From contig JAGCUK010000023.1 of NCBI GenBank assembly GCA_017962925.1, positions 9,005-73,004 on the forward strand: a stretch of DNA of 64,000 nucleotides, read 5' to 3'. Source of the stretch: Bacteroidales bacterium (GTDB lineage Bacteria; Bacteroidota; Bacteroidia; Bacteroidales; UBA932). The notes under the pieces were generated by a model. It was not told where the DNA came from. It worked only from the letters and a program-made list of their open reading frames with translations, and searched no databases. Below, in pieces: positions 56,774 through 64,000 of this stretch. Made by a program: the position numbers and the translations under genes. Position 1 is the first letter of the stretch; each line of letters starts with the position of its first letter.

Positions 56774-59634
56774 AAGTTGAGCGTTATTTCAAGTCCACCT
56801 TCCGGCAGATTGCGGGCCGCCATCGACGCCCCCATTTTCTCCAGAAGTTCTCGGGTAATCACTAGCCCGAGGCCATGTCCATAGCCCGCAGAAGCATCCT
56901 TCAGTCCCGGACCCTTGTCTATAATGAAAATCTGCCTTCCGCGTGCCTTCAGCTGCACTTTCTCCCCGCCGGGGGTAACTTTGACGGCATTGTCCAGCAG
57001 GTTCCTTAGGCAGGTCAGGAGCATATTCTTGTCGGTCCGGACGGCCAGCCCCGCAGGGATATCTACCTCGATCGCCTCACTCTTCCGCACACTGCCCACC
57101 GCCTCCGCCGCAAGCGCGGCCAGATCCTCCTCCCGCATCACCGGCTCCAGCATCCCCTTTTGATTCAGGGACCAGAGCAGGAGGTTCTCCAGCAAGGAGG
57201 ATGTGTTTTCGGTGGAATCGGTCAGTATCCGCAGGCCCTCCTTCATCTGCTCGGGCGAAAGTGCATCGGCCTGCTCCAGCAACTGGCGAGAGAGCAGCCG
57301 GTTGCCGTTGACGGGGTTCCTGAGGTCGTGGGAGATGATGGAGAAGAAGCGGTTTCGTGTGTCCAGCTCCTGAATCAGGATCTTGCGCTCGCGGAGTCGG
57401 ATGACCAGCCATACCAGGGCCAGCGCCAGCAGCAGATACAGCAGCAGGAAGGGCCAGCGGAGCAGCAGCGGCTGCGGAACCCGGATCTCGCGGGTGCCGG
57501 ATTCGCCCTTTTCCCATCTTCCGAAAACATCAGTGCTCTGCTCCTCCAGGGTATAGCGCCCGGGCATGATGTGCTCCGGCAGAGCGGCAAAGCGCCCGCT
57601 CACCCATTCTCCCTTGTTCAGGCGGTAGCGATGCTGCACGAGTGGCGCCAGGGGCAGATTCCCGGCTGCGCCGATGGCAAGGAGGCTGTCCGGATGGAAG
57701 ATTGCCGCCCCCTCGGGCCCGCCGAATGCCAGTCGGCCGTCGGAGAGCAAGAACGCGGATTTTTCCCCATAGACATCGGAGGGGAAACCCAGCGCGGCGT
57801 GAGCACAACCTATGCTGCCGTCAGTATCGATGAAGTAGAGCCCTTCCTCCGTGCCTGCCCAGATGCGCCCTTTGACATCAGCGCGGACCGACTGCACCAG
57901 TTTCCCCCGAAGGAGGGATTGCCGGCCGTGTCCGTCCTGCCCGGGTGTCCAGATTCCCGCGTGGGTGGCGACCCAGAGCTTGCCGTCCGGCGCAAAACAG
58001 AGGTCCGTCACATAATTATCGGGGAGCGAAAGGCTGTCGGCAGGGTCCTGCAGGAACTTCGTCACCAGGCGCGTATCCTTATCTATTATATTGAGCCCGG
58101 CCTCGGTGGTGCCATAGACCAGATTTCCGTCCTTATCCTCTATCAAGCGGCTTCCCAGGCGCGAGCTGAGGTAGATGCTGGAGTCGTTCTGGGGCGTGGG
58201 GTAGAAGAAGGGACTCAGCCATTCTGCCGGCGCTGTCCTGCCGGTCCTGCGGTCCCACTCGTTCATGCCGACCCCCTCCCATGTAACCACCCAGAAGCGG
58301 CCGTCGCGCCCTTCCAGGAAGTCCATTATCCAATTGGAAGTGATCCTGTCCCCCCAGGCAACGATATCCTGTTTCTTGGGGATGGGCCCGCTCACGGCGC
58401 CCCTGCGCACGCGGCCGTTCTGCCAGATGTTGAAGCCGCAGCCTGCGTAGAGGCCGATGTAAACCGCCCCCGTGCTGTCTTCGTAGAGGCAGGAGACGTG
58501 GCCTTCGTTGGAGCGCCCGGCCGGACGGTAATCTATATGCGAGATGTGGTTGTTGCCGTCGATTGCGAAGGCTCCGCTGTCGGCGGTTCCCACCCATAGG
58601 CGGCCGTCGGAAGCCTCCATCAGTGCCGTCACCTGCTTTGACGGGAGATCCAGCGTCTGAACCTGCTGTAGTGCCGGGCAAAGCACCGAAAGGCCGCTGT
58701 CTCCACCGGTCCAGATGTTTCCCTGCCGGTCCTCGAAGATGCAGTAAACCTCTCCCGAGGCCAGCGAAGAGGGATCATCCGCCCTATGCTTATATACCAC
58801 AGTTTCCTCCGGCTTTGCCAGATTCACCAGCCCTATTCCGTAGGATCCGGCAGCCCACAGGCGCCCCCGACTGTCTGTCATCAGCCTGGCATGGGAGATG
58901 GGGAGGCGGCCGATGGTGATTATATCCGGCCCGTCGAAGGTGTTGATGGTGGAGAGATGGTCGTCGATGGCATACATGATGCCACCGGCTTCGGCATAAT
59001 TCGCCGTGCAGTAGGTGTCGGAGAAGCGCAGTTGCGATTGCGGATGCGCGCGGTCTGCCACGAACTGGGCACGTACCAGGCGCCCGCCTATCCAGAGGCG
59101 TCCCCCGTGATCCTCATATATCTGATAATAAGGATAGTCCCCTTCGTTGTAGCGTTTGGAGTAGGATGTCCGGACCTCCTCCCACACTCCCTCCTGCGGC
59201 GAATAGCTTAGCTTCAGCAGCACGCTGTCGCCTACGGTCGCCCACACATACCCGTCGGAATCCGTCGTCATGGCGCGGACGTTGCCGCTGGGGCCTTTCT
59301 GCCATTCCTGATCGGGCATCCTCACGCACAGCCCCGCCGTCGTCCCCACCCACAGCCGGCCCTCGCGGTCCATAGTCAGGGCAGACACTCGCCGCGCGGG
59401 CAGATCCTCCTGCCAGACCTGGAAGGAACTGCCGTCGAATCGCGCCAGGCCGTTCCCCGTCCCTATCCAAAGGAACCCGTCCGCATCCTGCGTTATGGCA
59501 TAGACGCTGTTGGATGGCAGGCCGTCGGCGGCACTGTAGTTCACGAACCTGGGAGTATTGGCCACGCCGGGAAAGGGGAGGGCCTTCCAGGCCATCCCGA
59601 GAAGCAACATCAGTATGAGAGCAACGCGTCGCAT
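56770..59634 (-). CDS. Sensor histidine kinase with periplasmic beta-propeller repeats
   Basis: GLPSN, D..G.LW.GT repeats, TM helix, SHDLRNP, NLLDNAVK, DKGPG, GHGLGL. Confidence 0.9.
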   Translation of the reverse strand: MRRVALILMLLLGMAWKALPFPGVANTPRFVNYSAADGLPSNSVYAITQDADGFLWIGTGNGLARFDGSSFQVWQEDLPARRVSALTMDREGRLWVGTTAGLCVRMPDQEWQKGPSGNVRAMTTDSDGYVWATVGDSVLLKLSYSPQEGVWEEVRTSYSKRYNEGDYPYYQIYEDHGGRLWIGGRLVRAQFVADRAHPQSQLRFSDTYCTANYAEAGGIMYAIDDHLSTINTFDGPDIITIGRLPISHARLMTDSRGRLWAAGSYGIGLVNLAKPEETVVYKHRADDPSSLASGEVYCIFEDRQGNIWTGGDSGLSVLCPALQQVQTLDLPSKQVTALMEASDGRLWVGTADSGAFAIDGNNHISHIDYRPAGRSNEGHVSCLYEDSTGAVYIGLYAGCGFNIWQNGRVRRGAVSGPIPKKQDIVAWGDRITSNWIMDFLEGRDGRFWVVTWEGVGMNEWDRRTGRTAPAEWLSPFFYPTPQNDSSIYLSSRLGSRLIEDKDGNLVYGTTEAGLNIIDKDTRLVTKFLQDPADSLSLPDNYVTDLCFAPDGKLWVATHAGIWTPGQDGHGRQSLLRGKLVQSVRADVKGRIWAGTEEGLYFIDTDGSIGCAHAALGFPSDVYGEKSAFLLSDGRLAFGGPEGAAIFHPDSLLAIGAAGNLPLAPLVQHRYRLNKGEWVSGRFAALPEHIMPGRYTLEEQSTDVFGRWEKGESGTREIRVPQPLLLRWPFLLLYLLLALALVWLVIRLRERKILIQELDTRNRFFSIISHDLRNPVNGNRLLSRQLLEQADALSPEQMKEGLRILTDSTENTSSLLENLLLWSLNQKGMLEPVMREEDLAALAAEAVGSVRKSEAIEVDIPAGLAVRTDKNMLLTCLRNLLDNAVKVTPGGEKVQLKARGRQIFIIDKGPGLKDASAGYGHGLGLVITRELLEKMGASMAARNLPEGGLEITLNL

Positions 59635-59686
59635 CCTCTCACAAAGTTATCAATTCTTCTCAGAAATCCCTTGTCCCTCAGCGCTC

Positions 59687-59733
59687 TGTGGCGGATTCCA
59701 CCACAAAAAGAATAAAGCGATACTGTAGTTTTG
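59687..59733 (+). promoter_or_regulatory. 19-bp palindrome plus -7 element
   Basis: TGTGGCGGA-T-TCCACCACA at 59687-59705; TAGTTTTG at 59726-59733. Confidence 0.55.
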
Positions 59734-59751
59734 CAAAAAACAACCACGTAT

Positions 59752-61278
59752 ATGAAAAACAAGAGTATCCTTTTGATAGTGCTGGCAGCCATGCTGGCCA
59801 TACTTTCTTCTTGCGATAAGGAGGGAGGTAGTTCCGCTGCGAAAGTTACTTTCCGTAAAGCTAATATAGCCGGAGCGTCAATGCTGGCTGTCGCCCAGGG
59901 CGAAACAGGCACCAAGGCTGAAGGCGACATAAAAGTGGGCCCCAAGGCCCTGTATACCGTCTCTGATGATGGGAAAATGGTCCAGGTTTCCTATGACATA
60001 GAGGTAGAAGGAGTGAATGGAGATGTTGAGGAATTTCTCAAGGCTCATCTTATCATTTCTCCAGGATTCATCTTCCCTGTAGGTGATGGCTGGATCTGGT
60101 TGGCGAACTGTTACCAGCAGTATGATGGCGATTGGGATTCTTTGCAGAAAAGTGCCGAAAGGAGTGCTCTGAGCAAGATTCAGAATAGTTTCAGGGATAA
60201 GTATCAAGAGCACCATGGTGCCCATTATCTTATCCGCAAGAGCGACGGAGCCCTTTTTGAGTGGACTATAGAGGCCGGTGCACCCAGCGAAATGGACGAC
60301 GGGTTCAAACAGCCCACCTTCCTGAACGGCTGGTTCCATCAGCTCGGTAACGACTTGTTCGCGAGGAGTTCTGGCTGGAGACATGATGGTATGAGTGATC
60401 CGGGAGTGCCGTCTCTGGTGCGTCTGGCAGACAAGGGAAACACTCTGGATGCCGTGAATGTGCTTGGAGATAATATCAGTTGTGCAACGCTGTTCCCTGC
60501 AAAGGATTATCTGGGGGCTCATCTGCATTACGGCGGTGCCTTTGCCATAGGCGTGATCGCTCCTCCATCCTTCGAGCCTATTCTTCTGCAGGATGCTTCC
60601 GGCGGGAAAGGGGAGATGTTCTTGCTTTCCGTAAACAATAAACTCTATCTTGGCGTAGGCCAGGATGCCCAGGTAACGGTCAACGACGGCAAGGAATCAT
60701 ATACTAAAGACGGCTATCGCACGGATTTCTTCAATCTTGTGGTTTCCGGTAATTCTGTCACGAAAGGCAGTCTGATCTGTTCCTACAACGACCGTATGTT
60801 CTGGGGAGGAGACCAGTGCTTCGTTTCCACCGGAGAGACCTTGTCCTTCTGGAGCGGGAACAGTTACGACGGGACCACAATCGTAACCTTCGATCCCGCG
60901 GCCAAGACCGTTACCAGCAGGAAGCTCCCCGAGCACTATCCTTCAAGAGAGGATGAGTATGTGGACGGGGTTGCCTATGTTGCGGATGGCACCGAAGGCT
61001 ATTGGGAGTGTGATCTTTCCAAGAGTGCAGCCGAAAGGGTGACGCTGGATTGGAGCAGCGCTGCGGAGTATCAGGGCAAGATTGTCCCCAATTCGCTGCA
61101 GCTTGTCCGCTTCGAGGCCGCTTCGCTCACTCTCCAGTTCGAGGCATACCTTTCCAACGGCACCAAACTCAACTTCTACTCCTCAGTAGTAGGAGCCGAC
61201 CGTGGCAAGATCAAGACCTCCATCGGTGGCGAGAATAACGCCGGAATGGTGGTCACTACCATGATCCGCTTGAACTAA
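59752..61278 (+). CDS. Hypothetical lipoprotein
   Basis: Lipobox LSSC, GTKA site, beta-rich sequence. Confidence 0.72.
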   Translation: MKNKSILLIVLAAMLAILSSCDKEGGSSAAKVTFRKANIAGASMLAVAQGETGTKAEGDIKVGPKALYTVSDDGKMVQVSYDIEVEGVNGDVEEFLKAHLIISPGFIFPVGDGWIWLANCYQQYDGDWDSLQKSAERSALSKIQNSFRDKYQEHHGAHYLIRKSDGALFEWTIEAGAPSEMDDGFKQPTFLNGWFHQLGNDLFARSSGWRHDGMSDPGVPSLVRLADKGNTLDAVNVLGDNISCATLFPAKDYLGAHLHYGGAFAIGVIAPPSFEPILLQDASGGKGEMFLLSVNNKLYLGVGQDAQVTVNDGKESYTKDGYRTDFFNLVVSGNSVTKGSLICSYNDRMFWGGDQCFVSTGETLSFWSGNSYDGTTIVTFDPAAKTVTSRKLPEHYPSREDEYVDGVAYVADGTEGYWECDLSKSAAERVTLDWSSAAEYQGKIVPNSLQLVRFEAASLTLQFEAYLSNGTKLNFYSSVVGADRGKIKTSIGGENNAGMVVTTMIRLN

Positions 61279-61420
61279 ATCATTAGCTATTCACTAAGCC
61301 AGCGAAAAAAATATTGCAAAAAATTTGGTTTATATTGTAAACTTGTTTATATTTGCAATGGGATTTCGGAAGACTGCGCAGCTTTCAGGAGTCCCGGAAA
61401 CAAGTAAAAACATTAATACA

Positions 61421-62038
61421 ATGGAACAGAACAAAGAAATGACGGCTCAGGAAAGCCTGAAAATCATCACCGAAACCATGAATAAGAATCGGCAGGATAT
61501 TGTCCGTCATGGCGGTAAGTATTTCGTGTTATGGGGAATTCTGCTTACAGTTTTCTCTCTTCTCGTTTACTTCTTCTGGAAAACGACAGGCCACGCTGCC
61601 TGGTGCAACCTTTGGTTTGGAATGCCGCTCGTCGGTTTGCCTCTCTCTCGCTGGATAGGCAGCAAAGAAAAGGTTATCAGCGCTGAAAATACCATCAGTC
61701 GCATCAACACCGGCATCTGGAGGGCATTCGGCATATTCGCCTGCACTCTGTCGCTCTTTACCGTATGCTATGCTTTCACCGGCACCACAAATCTCAGCGG
61801 CCTCGTCCTTGGCGCCAGCCTTACTGCAAGCATCGTCCTTCTCTTCGGCCTTGCCGAGACCATCAGCGGCATCGCCCTCAAGAACTGGACAATCCAGATC
61901 GCAGGATGGCTCACGGGCATCGGCGGCGTTGCCATCTACTACCTCCTCGCCGAGGGAGCAGAGCAGATGTTAATCTTCACTCTGGCCGGCATAGTGCTGG
62001 CGGCTACCGGTCTGATTGTCAAATATCAGTACAAGTAA
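61421..62038 (+). CDS. Conserved Bacteroidetes membrane protein
   Basis: MT..ESL.II...M N-terminus, about six TM helices; paired with a wHTH gene. Confidence 0.78.
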   Translation: MEQNKEMTAQESLKIITETMNKNRQDIVRHGGKYFVLWGILLTVFSLLVYFFWKTTGHAAWCNLWFGMPLVGLPLSRWIGSKEKVISAENTISRINTGIWRAFGIFACTLSLFTVCYAFTGTTNLSGLVLGASLTASIVLLFGLAETISGIALKNWTIQIAGWLTGIGGVAIYYLLAEGAEQMLIFTLAGIVLAATGLIVKYQYK

Positions 62039-62041
62039 GCC

Positions 62042-62323
62042 ATGTTTCCCAAACTTGATCCTCTGCTGCATTCCGAACTCCGACTGGCCGTGATGTCTAT
62101 CCTGGCCGGAGTGGATGAGGCTGACTTCACCTTCATCAAGAATCAGACAGGGGCCACCTCGGGGAACCTCAGCGTGCAGATAGACAAACTCACCTCCGCC
62201 GGTTACATCACCGTCGAGAAGGGCTTCAAAGGCAAGATGCCTCGCACCACCTGCAAGATTACCCCTGCTGGTCAGGAAGCCTTCGCGAAGTATGTAGAAG
62301 CGCTGAAAGAGTATCTCGCTTAA
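62042..62323 (+). CDS. Winged-helix transcriptional regulator (HTH_34-like)
   Basis: LDPLLHSELRLAVMS, T.GNLS.Q..KL..AGYI. Confidence 0.88.
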   Translation: MFPKLDPLLHSELRLAVMSILAGVDEADFTFIKNQTGATSGNLSVQIDKLTSAGYITVEKGFKGKMPRTTCKITPAGQEAFAKYVEALKEYLA

Positions 62324-62343
62324 TTGATCTGAATACAATGCAG

Positions 62344-62373
62344 AAACCGGCCGGACATTGATGGCCGGTTTTT
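62344..62373 (+). terminator. Intrinsic terminator
   Basis: AAACCGGCC-N10-GGCCGGTTTTT. Confidence 0.7.
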
Positions 62374-62404
62374 GTTTTTTATGGAAAACTAAGTACCTTT
62401 GAGT

Positions 62405-63838
62405 ATGAGAAAAAATATCGCAATAATGGTGGCGCTGGTGCTGGCGCTGTGCCTCGGCGGATGCACCGCCAACGACTATGGCTACAAGATCAAAAATCAC
62501 CAGATCGTCTATAATACGCCACCGCGCCCGGCCGGGCAGCAGTCGATGCTCGGATTTGCCTGCGATCCCATCGAGAATGTCCGCGTCGGCCTGATCGGCC
62601 TCGGCGACAGGGGTAAGAGCGCGGTCAAGCGCTATGCCTATCTGGACGATGCCACCGTGGTTGCCCTTTGCGATCTCCTGCCGGAGCGAGTCGAGCGGGC
62701 GCAGAAATTCCTGGAGGAGCGTGGCGCGCCGAGGGCGCAGTATGAGTATAGCGGCGAGGATGGATGGATGCAGCTTTGCGAGAGGGACGATATCGACCTG
62801 GTATATCTTGCCGTTCCCTGGCAGATGCATACCAAGATGGCTGTCTATGCGATGGAGCACGGCAAGCACGTTGCCATCGAAGTACCAGCCGCCACAAGCA
62901 TCGAGGAGTGCTGGGCGCTGGTCAATACATCCGAACGCACCCGCAAACATTGCACGATGCTGGAGAACTGCTGCTACGATTATTATGAACTCACCTGCCT
63001 CAACATGGCCCAGCAGGGGCTTTTCGGGGAGATCGTCCACGTGGAAGGATCCTATTGCCACAATCTCGACCCCTGGTGGGACGGTTATCAGGGCGACTGG
63101 CGCATGAGCTACAACCGCGAGCATAAGGGGGATGTCTATCCCACCCACGGCATCGGCCCGGTCTGCCAGGCTCTCAACATCCACCGCGGAGATAAGATGG
63201 ATCTTCTGGTCTCTATGGATAGCGATGCTTTCCGCGGGCAGGAGACCAGCGACAGGCGCTATGGCCCCGGGGCATATGAGTACGCCAACGGCGACAATAC
63301 CACCACCATCATCCGCACCCGCAAGGGAAAGACCATCCTGATAGAGCACGCAGTCGCCACGCCTCGGCCGTACAGCAGGATGTATCAGCTGACGGGCACG
63401 AAGGGCTTCGCCAATAAATATCCCAACGAGGGCCTGGCTCTGGGCGGAGAGAATCTGGAGGGGATTGATTCGGAGGATCTGGATGCCGAGAGATACATGC
63501 CTGCCGCCCAACGGGATTCCATCATGAAGGTCTACCAGCACCCCATCACCAAAGAAGGCGGCCTGGCGGAAAAGGCCCGCGTCGTCGGTGGCCACGGCGG
63601 GATGGATTTCATCATGGATTACCGCTTGATCTATTGCCTCCACAACGGCCTCCCTCTGGATGAGGACGTCTATGATGCCGCCGAATGGAGTTCGCTGGTG
63701 GAATTGACAGAGGTGTCTATCCGCCACGGAAGCATGCCAGTGGTGATGCCCGATTTCACCCGCGGGGAATGGAATAAGAAAGAGGGCCTGACGCTGTATA
63801 TGAAGGAAGAGTTTGCAGGAATATCCTCGCCGTCATAG
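62405..63838 (+). CDS. Gfo/Idh/MocA oxidoreductase, GH109 alpha-N-acetylgalactosaminidase-like
   Basis: IGLGDRG, GKHVAIEVP, MLENCCY, YPTHG, GGHGGMD. Confidence 0.9.
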   Translation: MRKNIAIMVALVLALCLGGCTANDYGYKIKNHQIVYNTPPRPAGQQSMLGFACDPIENVRVGLIGLGDRGKSAVKRYAYLDDATVVALCDLLPERVERAQKFLEERGAPRAQYEYSGEDGWMQLCERDDIDLVYLAVPWQMHTKMAVYAMEHGKHVAIEVPAATSIEECWALVNTSERTRKHCTMLENCCYDYYELTCLNMAQQGLFGEIVHVEGSYCHNLDPWWDGYQGDWRMSYNREHKGDVYPTHGIGPVCQALNIHRGDKMDLLVSMDSDAFRGQETSDRRYGPGAYEYANGDNTTTIIRTRKGKTILIEHAVATPRPYSRMYQLTGTKGFANKYPNEGLALGGENLEGIDSEDLDAERYMPAAQRDSIMKVYQHPITKEGGLAEKARVVGGHGGMDFIMDYRLIYCLHNGLPLDEDVYDAAEWSSLVELTEVSIRHGSMPVVMPDFTRGEWNKKEGLTLYMKEEFAGISSPS

Positions 63839-63855
63839 GCGGCAACACCATCACC

Positions 63856-64000
63856 TCAGTCGAGCGTGATGCTTTCTATTTTCAGGCGGAGGGTTCCAGA
63901 GGGAACCTGTGCTTCGGCAATTTCGCCAACCTTCTTTCCCATTAAGGCAGCGCCGATCGGGGACTGCAGTGAAATCCTGCCAGCCTCCAGATCCATCTCG
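63856..64000 (-). CDS. greA: Transcription elongation factor GreA, C-terminal fragment
   Basis: Manual translation EMDLEAGRISLQSPIGAALMGKKVGEIAEAQVPSGTLRLKIESITLD*. Confidence 0.88.
   Translation of the reverse strand, partial: EMDLEAGRISLQSPIGAALMGKKVGEIAEAQVPSGTLRLKIESITLD

Noticed and set aside
49680-59700. Integrated element at tRNA-Ser with an attR site
   Set aside because: No convincing duplicate of the tRNA-Ser 3' end found by eye, and no integrase
61970-63727. 585-aa antisense ORF, and similar ones at 57160-58599, 36146-37504, 32582-33727, 45974-47029 and 13918-14841
   Set aside because: Shadow frames opposite well-supported genes, expected from GC-rich third codon positions; no recognisable motifs

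Overview
This window is chromosomal DNA from a fairly GC-rich Bacteroidales bacterium, judged from TAnnTTTG -7 promoters, the rpsL-rpsG-fusA-rpsJ order without tuf, a PorV-like gene and fimbrillin-like lipoproteins; an uncultured gut or rumen lineage is an inference. It holds about 60 genes. These include carbohydrate-active and hydrolytic enzymes (GH78, GH125, GH29, GH109, SGNH and alpha/beta esterases, RhaT), housekeeping genes (fabG, rpsL/rpsG/fusA/rpsJ, secG, lptE-like, clpB, pheS, greA fragment) and three tRNAs. There are three accessory patches: an AT-rich fimbrillin-like cassette at 33.9-35.9 kb, a toxin-antitoxin plus CoiA-like nuclease islet behind tRNA-Gly, and a regulator/adhesin cluster behind tRNA-Ser. 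The most notable signal is two short peptides with an identically spaced Y-x-x-P-x4-V-E-[IL]-x3-G-x2-C-x-S core and an acidic tail. Each lies directly upstream of a surface or pilin-like gene and is followed by a Shine-Dalgarno-like motif; one contains a G9 ON/OFF tract and the other sits behind a 4x TGAC, 11-bp-period array. All family assignments come from motif recognition by eye; no database search was run.
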